Positions 9,371 to 19,140 of a stretch of 64,000 nt of DNA are shown in pieces. This DNA comes from Candidatus Latescibacterota bacterium (lineage in GTDB: Bacteria > Latescibacterota > UBA2968 > UBA8231), in the NCBI GenBank assembly GCA_965205655.1, contig CBDBIJ010000022.1:113546-177545 (forward strand), in the 5' to 3' direction. The notes under the pieces are model-generated. The model was not told the origin of the DNA, searched no databases, and worked only from the letters and a program-made list of their open reading frames with translations. Each line of letters begins with the position of its first letter. Position 1 is the stretch's first letter. The translations under genes and the position numbers were made by a program.

Positions 9371-11037
9371 CAGCTGGCGCTCAGACTTAGATGGCCGCGC
9401 TCCACCTCGATTCGCAGCGGCACGCTCCCTTGCCCGAGCTTGCCCATAACCGACTGGCCGTTCTCTCGGTTTACCGTCACATCCAGGGGCAAGTCGGTTT
9501 GGGCGGAACCGCGTCTGACGTATCCCTGCACATCCAGATTCGACTCAGCAGGCAGCGACAGTTTGATGTTGCCTCGGTCGCTCGTGAGGGTGCATGGTGA
9601 GTTCAGCGGCCGGGCTGTCGTCAGCGTGATGCCGCCACGCGAACTTTGAACCAGCACTTCGCCGCCGGGGTTGTTGATCGCCACCGGGGCCCGACTGCCG
9701 TGGACGGCGAGGCGACCGTTTACTTCGTCAACGGAAACGGGTCCCCGATCGCTGTGAACGGCGGCGCTGACACCGACGCGGCGCAGGCTGATGGGACCGT
9801 GATCACTCTTCACATTCGCCTCGCCGGTGACATCCTGGATGGCCACAGGCCCGTGACTCGTGCTGCAGACGGCATCACCGCCAACATCTTTGAGCGACAG
9901 CGGGCCGTGATCGTTTACGGCGTTTACGCTGCCGGTCACTTTTTTTAGAGCCACCGGACCGTGACTGGACACAACGGTCAGTGATCCGCCCACGTTCGCC
10001 ACTTCCAGAGGGCCGTGCTCAATTGTCACGGAGCAGTCGCCGCCCACGCCTTTGAGCGAGAGTTTGCCATGATTGGCGTCCAGTTTGGCGTCCTGGCCGA
10101 TGAGTTCTATCTCGGCGGTACTGTGACTGAGCGCGACATCTGCGTTTCCGGCGACCGCGTCGATAGCGACGCTCCCATGGCTAGACTTCAGCCTGAGATT
10201 CTTTCCCACCTTATCGATACGAGTCTTGCCGTGTGATTGGTCGAGCGCAAGGTCTCCGGAGACGAGACCAATTTTCGCTTTCCCGTGTCGACTGCCGAGG
10301 GTGGCGTTGCCATCGATTCGCGGGATCTCGAGGATTCCGTGAGCTGTGCACAGACACAGGTGCATTGTCTCCGGCATCGTGAGAGAGAAGTTCAGCCGGC
10401 ACGGTCCCATTCCCTCGGCGTCATCATACTGAGGCAAAATCGGTTCAATGCGAGTCTCTCCGGTTGCCGTCTGGGCGATTTCCACTTTCACCGCCTCTGC
10501 AAACCTCGCAGCTACAGATGGAGATGTCGCGTGCGCGACGACATGAACTCTCGCCTTGATCTCCTCTTTGTCCCAACTCTCAGCAGAGATATCGCCGCGC
10601 GGGTTGTCGAGTATGACTGTCGTACCCGGCGCGATCGATTCCGTGACTTCGAGGTCGCGTTCGGCAACCTCGTCGAAAGGTAGGTGGAAGCTGGTAGAGG
10701 AGGATTCCGTCGCCGTCTTCCACTTGTGGAAAGCGGTGGACATGTTGCGGGTGAAGTCTTCGAACATGTCGCCCAGATCGGGAATGCTGGCGGTCGCTTC
10801 GGTGACAATTCGATCCACGTCGGGCATCGCATCCACGACCACGCGCTTGAGGTCGGGCATGGAGCTGCGGATTGTACTCCGAAAATCGTCCCAGGAACCG
10901 TGGGCTCGGCGCTCTTCAACGCGCTTCGTGTCAGAGGCGTGTGGCGAGTCGATCACTTTTAGCAGTCGCTCGGCGTCTTCGACGCTGATTTTCCCCTCCG
11001 ACAGCATCTGCAGAACTTTCAGCCGCTCTTCAGACAT
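9370..11037 (-). CDS. DUF4097 (toastrack/adhesin-like beta-repeat) protein with an N-terminal SHOCT-like helix
   Basis: MSEERLKVLQMLSEGKISVEDAERLL N-terminus; about 15 19-aa beta repeats. Confidence 0.8.
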   Translation of the reverse strand: MSEERLKVLQMLSEGKISVEDAERLLKVIDSPHASDTKRVEERRAHGSWDDFRSTIRSSMPDLKRVVVDAMPDVDRIVTEATASIPDLGDMFEDFTRNMSTAFHKWKTATESSSTSFHLPFDEVAERDLEVTESIAPGTTVILDNPRGDISAESWDKEEIKARVHVVAHATSPSVAARFAEAVKVEIAQTATGETRIEPILPQYDDAEGMGPCRLNFSLTMPETMHLCLCTAHGILEIPRIDGNATLGSRHGKAKIGLVSGDLALDQSHGKTRIDKVGKNLRLKSSHGSVAIDAVAGNADVALSHSTAEIELIGQDAKLDANHGKLSLKGVGGDCSVTIEHGPLEVANVGGSLTVVSSHGPVALKKVTGSVNAVNDHGPLSLKDVGGDAVCSTSHGPVAIQDVTGEANVKSDHGPISLRRVGVSAAVHSDRGPVSVDEVNGRLAVHGSRAPVAINNPGGEVLVQSSRGGITLTTARPLNSPCTLTSDRGNIKLSLPAESNLDVQGYVRRGSAQTDLPLDVTVNRENGQSVMGKLGQGSVPLRIEVERGHLSLSAS

Positions 11038-11434
11038 TCCCTGTTTCTCCTCTTAGCTTTTCCAGCTTCCGGATCGCGGTTTCCGCATCCACTTCGCCTC
11101 GATAAAGGCTGTCCAGAACGTGACGCCGGCTTGAGACAGACTGCTCGACAGTGGCCGCGCCCCGGCTCTCACCGTCGAACCCAAGCTCGCGGATCACCTC
11201 ATCGAGGCGAGTGCGAACGGTGCTGTAGGGCAGATCGAGCTCTCGCTCCATCTCTTTGATGTTGCCTCTCAGACGAACGAACAGCTCGACGAAGGCGAGA
11301 CTCTCGGATGAAAGCCTGTCGAAGGCCGACGTCGAAAAGCGTCCCGATATCTCCGTATCGCAACGACAGCAGGAGAGCCTCGATATGGCCAGATCTCCGC
11401 CGCAGGATGGGCAGTGTTCGATAACTTTGCGCAT
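11030..11434 (-). CDS. DUF2089 family Zn-ribbon/HTH protein
   Basis: CPSC...CCRC, RGNIKEMERELDLPYSTVRTRLDE. Confidence 0.85.
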   Translation of the reverse strand: MRKVIEHCPSCGGDLAISRLSCCRCDTEISGRFSTSAFDRLSSESLAFVELFVRLRGNIKEMERELDLPYSTVRTRLDEVIRELGFDGESRGAATVEQSVSSRRHVLDSLYRGEVDAETAIRKLEKLRGETGNV

Positions 11435-11460
11435 ATTGACTAAAAAATTAAGGAAGAGGG

Positions 11461-12707
11461 GGTATATTCAATTGGTCAATGCAACATTCTCCCCACTAAT
11501 CTAATCATAGGAGATGTTGCACATGGCTCAAATGGGACGACCAGGATTGTCCGCGTCACAGAAGTCGGAGGTATGGCGTCGATGGAAGAGCGGCCAGTCG
11601 CATAGCGATATTGGTCGGGCGCTCGGGAAGCATCCGGCGTCGATTCATGGTGTCATCACCGCCAATGGGGGCATCGTACCAATGCCGCGTCGACGCTCTC
11701 GATGGGCTCTTGGCTGGGAAGAGCGTGAAGAGATCTCTCGAGGTATCGCTGCGGGAAAATCGATACGAATAATTGCGGCCGCTGTTGAGCGTGCACCCTC
11801 GACGGTTAGCCGAGAGATTGCCCGCAATGGCGGGCGGCAAAGGTACCGAGCAAACGTCGCCGACCAAGCAGCCTGGACGCGCGCCAGCCGGCCGAAATGC
11901 TGCCGACTCGCATCCAATCTTCGTTTGCGGCGAGTCGTGGCGGACAAGCTACGCCTGAAGTGGTCACCTGAGCAGATATCGGGATGGCTGAAGCGGGAGT
12001 ATGCGCTTTTAGGAAATATGCAGATATCCCACGAAACGATCTATCGAACTCTCTTCATCCAGGCACGCGGGGCACTCAACAAGGACCTCATTGCGCATCT
12101 GCGGACGCGAAGGATGATGCGGCGATCCAAGAAGGCAAGCACACGCGATCAGCCGAGAGGCCGGATCGTCGACGCCGTATCCATCAGCGAGCGGCCTGCC
12201 GAGATCGAGGACCGCGCCGTTCCCGGCCACTGGGAGGGAGACTTGATCTCGGGGTCGAACAACACGCACATCGCCACGTTGGTGGAGCGGCAGTCTCGGT
12301 TCACGATGCTCGTGAAGCTCAACGGCAAAGACACCGAGACCGTTGTCAGAGCGCTGATCAGCCAGGTGAAACGACTCCCCTCCGCGGTGCGGTTGTCCCT
12401 TACCTGGGATCGAGGAATGGAGCTAGCTCGGCGCAAGGAGTTCTCGATCGCAACTGACGTCGAGGTGTATTTCTGTGATCCTCAGAGTCCCTGGCAACGA
12501 GGCACAAATGAGAACACGAATCGCCTTCTTCGACAGTACTTCCCGAGGAAGACCGATCTGTCGCCATTCTCCCAAGCCGACCTGAACAGAGTCGCTCTTC
12601 AACTGAACCAGCGCCCGCGGAAGACGTTGGGGTTCGTTTCACCCGCAGAACGCTTCAATGAAGGTGTTGCGTTGACGAAGATGTTGCGTTGACTGGTTGA
12701 ACTCGCG
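11461..12707 (+). mobile_element. IS30-family insertion sequence, copy 1
   Basis: Imperfect 26-bp IRs GGTATATTCAATTGGTCAATGCAACA / CGCGAGTTCAACCAGTCAACGCAACA; nearly identical to the copy at 40576-41825. Confidence 0.9.
11514..12692 (+). CDS. IS30-family transposase
   Basis: STVSREIARN, WSPEQISG, SHETIY, GHWEGD, TWDRG, PWQRGTNENTN. Confidence 0.95.
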   Translation: MLHMAQMGRPGLSASQKSEVWRRWKSGQSHSDIGRALGKHPASIHGVITANGGIVPMPRRRSRWALGWEEREEISRGIAAGKSIRIIAAAVERAPSTVSREIARNGGRQRYRANVADQAAWTRASRPKCCRLASNLRLRRVVADKLRLKWSPEQISGWLKREYALLGNMQISHETIYRTLFIQARGALNKDLIAHLRTRRMMRRSKKASTRDQPRGRIVDAVSISERPAEIEDRAVPGHWEGDLISGSNNTHIATLVERQSRFTMLVKLNGKDTETVVRALISQVKRLPSAVRLSLTWDRGMELARRKEFSIATDVEVYFCDPQSPWQRGTNENTNRLLRQYFPRKTDLSPFSQADLNRVALQLNQRPRKTLGFVSPAERFNEGVALTKMLR

Positions 12708-12912
12708 GTCACAAAATATCAATAAATAACGAATATCAGGGTAAAATTAGCCCGACAGATAAAATTGTTCACACAAAGAAAGCGAAAGCACTGGAATCGC
12801 CGGGGTTGCATATCGGTCATAGCATCAATCTGCAGATCAGCGAAGATTATGCTTTTTCTATAGATTCTTGGCCACCAAATTCCGTCATGTGTCCCATCCC
12901 GCCGCTCATGGC

Positions 12913-13897
12913 TTAGAACGCGATTGCGATCTGGCTCTTCAAATCGCTGCTTGCGCTGCCGCCGGCGGGTGAAGTGTGTCGGTACTGTAGTTTGAGTGCT
13001 GCCAGGTGGGACAGGTGGTAGCTGAACCCCACCGAGTAGCTCTTTGTGTCCTTCGGTGTATAGAACGCGTCGTCGTCGTCCACTTTGGTGTAGTCGAACT
13101 TTGCGAAGGGCGTCCATTGATTGATGTCGTGCGCAGCCATGATATACAGCGCCTTGGCGGAGACGTCCTTGCCGCTGTCATCTGCCTCACCGCTGGCCAG
13201 CGCCATTTCTGCCTCGAATAGAGTGGACCCCCTAAAGCGCGCACCGATGCTCGGAGAAATGACGAGCAGGGTTAGATCTTCCCCGGCGGCCGCCGAAATG
13301 CTTTCCCTGTAGAGCGATAAACCGATTTCTACATCCTCTTTCGCTTTCGTGCTCACGTGCAGGTTGAGTGACTTGCCATCGTTGTTATCGTCGACGGCCG
13401 TACTGCCGATACCGTTGCCGATCATCAGGTCGTAGGATAGTCGGGCGCCTGAGATCTGTTTCCCCGACACGAGGAGTCCAGTAGTGTGTATCGGAAAGAG
13501 GCTTCTCGTCACCGGTTTGCCGATTGAGGGAAATAGGATCGAGCCGTGGTGGTAGGTGCGATTCCAACGACCGACCGCCGAGTGGAACTTTCCGGCTGAA
13601 ACCTTCAACAGCGGACTGAATTCGTACCGCACCCAGAACCGCTCCAGCGATAGCTCCCAGCCATCATCCGGGCCCTCGTGCTCGTAGGTGACTTCGCTCA
13701 GGTACGAGGTGCGCTCGTCCAGGGTGCCGATGATGTAGGTGTCGTATTCGCCCAGTCTGAAACGCGAGTCGGCCTTTGTTCCTTCGACGACTTCGAAATT
13801 GACATCGGCAAAGCCGTGTGTCGCCTTGACGATCTCGGCCGACCAACCGAGGCTCGGTGCCAGCATCAATGCAACTGAGAAAAAGAAACGTCCGCAT
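12913..13897 (-). CDS. Putative outer-membrane beta-barrel (porin-like) protein; 1-nt frameshift in the signal peptide
   Basis: Removing one T from the T5 run near 13880 gives MRTFLFSVALMLAPSLGWSA. Alternating beta strands and a C-terminal Phe. Confidence 0.65.
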
Positions 13898-13964
13898 GCG
13901 CCTAAAGGTAGTTAGAAAACCCCATTCTCGCTCGGCTTGCTTCGGCTATCTCGGTTTCAATGGC

Positions 13965-13992
13965 TTGACACCGCTTCCACGCCGCCTAGACT
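13965..13992 (+). promoter_or_regulatory. Sigma70-like promoter for the transaldolase-family gene
   Basis: TTGACA-16 bp-TAGACT; AGGAGG SD at 14048-14053. Confidence 0.55.
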
Positions 13993-14061
13993 ACGGACGC
14001 AGAGTGCCAGTATGCCGCGGCGCGCTGCCGCGACGAGCGACGGCATCAGGAGGAATCGGTC

Positions 14062-14844
14062 ATGACAGTCGAGCGAGATCTAAAGGTCGGACAAGCTTCG
14101 TTCGGCCCGGACGGCCAGGATGTCGGCCCCGTCACACAAGCTCGCCGCAGGGGAAGGGGACCCGCGATCTGGCTCGCCGGCGACCCCGACGAGCTGCAAG
14201 AGTGGATGCCCCTCGGCATCACCGGCATCGTCACCAACACCGTGGTGATGAACATGTACGTGAAGAACCACGGCCCCGTCATCGACCTCATAAAGAAGTA
14301 CCTCGACATGACCGACAAACCCATCGTCGTGGAGATAGACGGACACAGCCTCGACGAGCTGCTCGATGTCGGCGGAGTGTTCACGAACCTGTCCGACCAG
14401 ATCATCCTCAAGATCCCGTGTTCCGTCAACGGCCTCAAGGCGTTTGCGGCCCTGAAGAAGGAGGGCGTCGAGACCTTCTGCACCACCTGCTTCTCACTCA
14501 CCCAGGCCGTCGCCGTTGCCCAGGCCGGCGCCGATCACATCCTGCCATTTTGCGAACCTGTCAAGGAAGTCGGCGGTGACCCCACCAAGCTGATACGCGA
14601 GTGCGCGCAGGTATTCGGCGGTTGGGAACAGCGTCCCTTCATTCAGGCCGCCCTCGTTCGCACCGTGGAGACGGCCCACGCCGCCTTCCGCGACGGCGCC
14701 GACGAGCTCGTCACCATGTGGACGGTTTACCGCGACATGATGGAGCACCCTCTCACCGACAAGTGGAACAAGACGTTCATGGACGAGTGGGTGGACATGC
14801 ACGAGAACGGGATGCTCGAAGGTCTGCCGGTCAAACTGGACTAG
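14062..14844 (+). CDS. Transaldolase/fructose-6-phosphate aldolase family protein (divergent)
   Basis: ITGIVTN, Schiff-base LKIP, FSLTQA...AGA motifs. Confidence 0.78.
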   Translation: MTVERDLKVGQASFGPDGQDVGPVTQARRRGRGPAIWLAGDPDELQEWMPLGITGIVTNTVVMNMYVKNHGPVIDLIKKYLDMTDKPIVVEIDGHSLDELLDVGGVFTNLSDQIILKIPCSVNGLKAFAALKKEGVETFCTTCFSLTQAVAVAQAGADHILPFCEPVKEVGGDPTKLIRECAQVFGGWEQRPFIQAALVRTVETAHAAFRDGADELVTMWTVYRDMMEHPLTDKWNKTFMDEWVDMHENGMLEGLPVKLD

Positions 14845-14849
14845 GCTCG

Positions 14850-15623
14850 CTATATCTCAGGAATATCGGTCAACAGCTTCGTCCACGCCGACCCCAGATT
14901 CATCACGTCCCCACCACAGATCACCAGGTCACAACCCGCCTCCATGGCCGCATCCAGCAGCGGCCCTGGCAACGTGAAGATCCCGGTCAGTTTGCCGACT
15001 GACTTCGCCTTCTCCAGACAGGAGAGCACGGCCTTCCGCAGATTTGGATCGGCCATCTGGCCGGTGCAGCCCATGCTGACCGCCAGATCGCCCGGTCCCA
15101 TAAAGATACCCGTGAGTCCGTCTACACCCAGAATCTCGTCGACGTTGTCCACCGCCTGGATCGTCTCGATCTGCGCGAACAGATGGGTGCACGCGTTGGC
15201 CCGAGCCATGACCTCTTCGAGATCCAGCAGCCCGAACCCCATACCGGGAGTTCTGGTGTTGAAGCCGCGACTACCAGCGGGCGGGTATTTGCCGAATTCG
15301 ACGATCCGGCGGGCCAGAGCGGCGTCGTTGACCATCGGAACGAGAACGATCCGCGCCCCCACCTCCAGAGCCCGCAGAACATGGTGACGCTCGCCATCCG
15401 GCAAGCGCACAAGCGGGAAAATTTCGCCCGCCGCCGCCGCGTAGCACAGCGATTCAATTCGTTCGAACCCCGACGGCCCGTGTTCCATCTCGATCCAGAT
15501 CGCCTCGAAGCCGATCTGCGCGGCCAGCGAAACCAGCAACGGTGAACCGCTGTTGACGGTAACACCCCGGACTCGCCGGGGCTTCCCGTCTGTGTTTACG
15601 AATACATCATCAGTCGCGTTGAT
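14850..15623 (-). CDS. HpcH/HpaI aldolase family protein (probable ATC start)
   Basis: WIEMEHG, VPMV, KYPPAGSRG, QIET, GPGDL. The frame is open back to ATC at 15623, 7 nt after AGGAGG. Confidence 0.88.
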   Translation of the reverse strand: MNATDDVFVNTDGKPRRVRGVTVNSGSPLLVSLAAQIGFEAIWIEMEHGPSGFERIESLCYAAAAGEIFPLVRLPDGERHHVLRALEVGARIVLVPMVNDAALARRIVEFGKYPPAGSRGFNTRTPGMGFGLLDLEEVMARANACTHLFAQIETIQAVDNVDEILGVDGLTGIFMGPGDLAVSMGCTGQMADPNLRKAVLSCLEKAKSVGKLTGIFTLPGPLLDAAMEAGCDLVICGGDVMNLGSAWTKLLTDIPEI

Positions 15624-15752
15624 ATCGAATCCTCCTGTCCGTGTGCCGCAGTTGCCCGCTCAAGGTACACTATGGATCTTAACGGCAAAACCCCCTGCCG
15701 TCTCGGCGACTCCCGACGACGGCATTTCCCTGCTTCGGAGTTTCGACTGGCC

Positions 15753-17705
15753 ATGAACCAGAAGCGCAGACTGACACCGGTGTCACACAGGCAAGTCGAG
15801 CTGGGCCAGGGATTCTGGCACGACCGACTGCTGACGAACCGCCAGGTCACTCTGCCGTCAACGTACGAGCAGATAAAGAGATCCGGCGGCCTCGACGCTT
15901 ACAGCTGGGATTGGGCCCCCTCGAGCGACCACCCGCCTATGCTGCCCCGCTGGGGAGATGTGCCGAAATGGATCGAGGGAGCTGCCTATACGCTCGCCTC
16001 CAGCGGCGAAGCCGACGCGTTCGACCAATCTCTGGCCGCCAAGGCCCGGGATGCCATCGACAGACTACTCTTCGGACAGAAGATCGATGGGTATCTCTAT
16101 TCGAGTCAGATCTCCCTCGATGAGCGCTGGACGAATCTGCTCGACCGGCACGAGCTCTACGAGATGGGTCACGCGATGGAGGCCGCCGTCGCGTGGAACG
16201 CGGCCACCGGCGACGAGCGCTTTCTGGCAGCCATGTGCAAGACGGCCGACCTCATCGATGAAACCCTCGGTACGGGCAGGGACAGGAGACGCGGCTACGG
16301 CGGCCATCCCGAAGTCGAGCTCGGCTTGATGGGACTCTTCCACGCCACTGGCGAGCGACGCTACCTGAACTTGGCCGCTTATCTCGTCGACGAACGCGGC
16401 CGGGAGCCGAACTACTTCCATGAGGAAGCACTCTCTCGAGGCGGGGCCCCCGAGGAGCACCGATTCTACCGCTGGCTTGGCAAGGCACCCTATAGCTACT
16501 ACCAGGCACATGTGCCGGTACGCCGGCAAAAGGAGGCAGTCGGTCACGCCGTCCGTGCGCTCTACCTCGGCTCGGGCATGGCTGATGTGGCCGCCGCCAC
16601 AGGTGACGCGACCCTGCTGGCCGCCTGCCGCCGGCTGTGGCGCAGCGTGACGAGCAAACGCATGTACATCACCGGTGGTGTGGGATCGGAAAAGACAGGC
16701 GAAACCTTCACCTTCGACTACGATCTGCCCAATGAAACAGGCTACGCCGAGACCTGCGCCTCCATCGCCCTCGTCTTCTTCGCCCATCGCATGCTGCAGA
16801 TCGATGCCGACGCCGAGTATGCCGATGTCATCGAGCGCGTCATGTACAACGGCGCTCTCGGAGGCGTGTCGCTCGCCGGAGACCGTTTCTATTACGCCAA
16901 CCCGCTCGCCGTGATGCCGCAAGCGATGACGGGATGCGCAGACCATGTCTCACCGACAAGGGTCGAGTGGTTCTTCTGCGCCTGCTGTCCCCCGAATATC
17001 GCTCGCTTCCTCCCACAGGTGCCGGGGTACATATATTCGGCCTCGGCGTCGCCCCGCGAGCTGTACGTCCATCAATACGCCCAGAGCCGGACAGAACTTG
17101 AGGTCGGTGACGACGCGGTGGCGATCGAGCAATACACCGAATACCCGTGGGATGGCAGGGTGATGCTGGAAGTGCAGACTCCGTCACCGTCGCGATGGAC
17201 CATGGCCCTGCGCATCCCGGCGTGGTGCCGGCGGGCACGGCTCAAGATCAACGGTGAGCCGATCGGACTTGGGGACCGCGTCAGGAAGGGCTACGCCCGG
17301 ATCTCGAGGCGCTGGGAACCCGACGACCTCGTCGAGCTGGTCATGGAGATGCCGGTGCAGCGGATTGAGGCGCATCCTCTCGTGCGCGGTACCGGCGGAC
17401 GAGTGGCGCTACAACGTGGACCATTGGTGTATTGTATCGAAGAAGCCGACAACGGCAAGAACGTGAGCGATCTCGTGCTCCCGGCCGCTGTCGAGCTACA
17501 GACCCGCCGACTCCGGGGTCGTCTGCAGGGCATGGTAGCGATCGAAGGTCGGGGAATGCGTCACAACTTGGATCGATGGAGTGACACGCTCTACGCGCCG
17601 CGGTCGAGCGCTCCTCAGCGGGCTGCCGACGTGACGGCCATACCCTTCTTCGCTCGGTGCAACCGCAAACCGGGTGAAATGCTGGTATGGATCAGGGAGG
17701 CGTAG
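15753..17705 (+). CDS. Glycoside hydrolase family 127 (beta-L-arabinofuranosidase-like)
   Basis: HELY, GHPEVE, GHAVRALYL, YAETCAS, CACCPPN, LRIPAW. Confidence 0.93.
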   Translation: MNQKRRLTPVSHRQVELGQGFWHDRLLTNRQVTLPSTYEQIKRSGGLDAYSWDWAPSSDHPPMLPRWGDVPKWIEGAAYTLASSGEADAFDQSLAAKARDAIDRLLFGQKIDGYLYSSQISLDERWTNLLDRHELYEMGHAMEAAVAWNAATGDERFLAAMCKTADLIDETLGTGRDRRRGYGGHPEVELGLMGLFHATGERRYLNLAAYLVDERGREPNYFHEEALSRGGAPEEHRFYRWLGKAPYSYYQAHVPVRRQKEAVGHAVRALYLGSGMADVAAATGDATLLAACRRLWRSVTSKRMYITGGVGSEKTGETFTFDYDLPNETGYAETCASIALVFFAHRMLQIDADAEYADVIERVMYNGALGGVSLAGDRFYYANPLAVMPQAMTGCADHVSPTRVEWFFCACCPPNIARFLPQVPGYIYSASASPRELYVHQYAQSRTELEVGDDAVAIEQYTEYPWDGRVMLEVQTPSPSRWTMALRIPAWCRRARLKINGEPIGLGDRVRKGYARISRRWEPDDLVELVMEMPVQRIEAHPLVRGTGGRVALQRGPLVYCIEEADNGKNVSDLVLPAAVELQTRRLRGRLQGMVAIEGRGMRHNLDRWSDTLYAPRSSAPQRAADVTAIPFFARCNRKPGEMLVWIREA

Positions 17706-19131
17706 ACCCGCCAGCGTGAGGTCGCGACGTCGCCGGCGCTGCGCCGAGCCCGAAGAACAGCAGCGCGCCTGCGATCAATCCCGGATAGATGGGTTCCCAT
17801 CCCAGCGGGTAGGCCCCATCGCTAAGCATTCCGGCTACCATCCATCCCAACGCCGTCAGCGATCCACCGAGCATACACGCCAGGGCAGACCGCGCCGATC
17901 GTTGCCGCAGCGGCGTGAAGCTCCACAGAACCGGCAACAGCAGACCCGGCAGCCCTATCGACCCGATGGTGTACCACAACTCGATCACCGACCGCATGCT
18001 CCATGCCAGCGCCGTCGCCGTCACCAGCGTCACCACCCAGCCGATGCGGGTGTAGCGAGTCAGCAGCTTGTCGCGGCGCGTCCACCGGAACAAACCGTCG
18101 CGACCGATGGTCACGGCCGACAGAAAGCTGAAGCTGTCGACCGTCGACATCGCCACCGCCAGCAGGGCGACGAAGAACAGTCCCTTGAACACCGGCGGCA
18201 ACAGCATGTCGGCCAGCATCGGATAGGCGTCGATGGGCGCGATATCCGGCAAGGCGGCGCGGGCGTACATGCCGGTCGTGATCGTCAGTGTGTCGAAGGC
18301 GAACCAGCAGGCGGCGGCGAGCAGAATCCCCCGCCGTGCCACCGCACCCGAACGCGCCGCCACACAGCGCTGGTGAAATCCCGGATCGACAAAGGTCCAC
18401 AATGCGATCAGCGCCCACACGATGATCTTCGGCACTGTCAGGTAGCCGGTGGCCTGAAAGTGTCGCGCCGGTAGTCGTGCCGTGAGGTAATCCCAGCCGC
18501 CGAACGTGCTCACTGCCATACCTGCCAGTAGCGCAAAGCCGGCGATCATCAGCGTCGCCTGCAGCAGGTCGGTCCGAACCACCGCCCGCAATCCACCGGT
18601 CAGTGCGTACCATGAAGACAACGGCGCGCCGATAAGCAAGCTCAACCACAGCGGCCACCCGGTCGCCGTCTGAATCAGCACCCCGACGATGAGCAGATAC
18701 GGCGCCGGCGACACCATCAGGTAGATGAGCACGGCGCCAACCACTGCCGCCGGACGGCCGTATTGCTGCTCGAGCCGGTCGGGAATAGTGAAGGGGACCT
18801 CCGCTCGCACCCGCGGCGCGATCCACAGTGCGAACAGGATAGCGAAGATGTAGAAGAACAGGCTCTGCGTCAGAAAGGTCACGAGCCCGTAAGAGTAGGA
18901 GAACTCGCCGACCCCGAGTATCCCGCCGTACCACGTCGCTACGAGCGTGGCGACGAATGCCGGTGTGCCAATGCGGCGGCCGGCGAGCAGGTAGTCGTCC
19001 GCCCCGGACTGCGCATCTGGTCCTGCCGCCGAGCCACGCACCCCGAGCCCCCGCAGCCCCAGCCCGAGCACTGTCAGTCCGATCAGGTAGAGACCGATGA
19101 CAAGGATGTCGTAGATGTGGAGTGTGATAAC
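17692..19131 (-). CDS. Sodium:solute symporter, probably for thiamine or a thiamine precursor
   Basis: DYLLAGR, TWYGG, GGLRAVVRTD, QRCVAA, AMSTVDS; last gene of the TPP-riboswitch operon. TM1 lies upstream of the GTG at 19071, so the start is uncertain. Confidence 0.85.
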   Translation of the reverse strand, partial: VITLHIYDILVIGLYLIGLTVLGLGLRGLGVRGSAAGPDAQSGADDYLLAGRRIGTPAFVATLVATWYGGILGVGEFSYSYGLVTFLTQSLFFYIFAILFALWIAPRVRAEVPFTIPDRLEQQYGRPAAVVGAVLIYLMVSPAPYLLIVGVLIQTATGWPLWLSLLIGAPLSSWYALTGGLRAVVRTDLLQATLMIAGFALLAGMAVSTFGGWDYLTARLPARHFQATGYLTVPKIIVWALIALWTFVDPGFHQRCVAARSGAVARRGILLAAACWFAFDTLTITTGMYARAALPDIAPIDAYPMLADMLLPPVFKGLFFVALLAVAMSTVDSFSFLSAVTIGRDGLFRWTRRDKLLTRYTRIGWVVTLVTATALAWSMRSVIELWYTIGSIGLPGLLLPVLWSFTPLRQRSARSALACMLGGSLTALGWMVAGMLSDGAYPLGWEPIYPGLIAGALLFFGLGAAPATSRPHAGGSTPP

Positions 19132-19140
19132 GCGCGGCCC

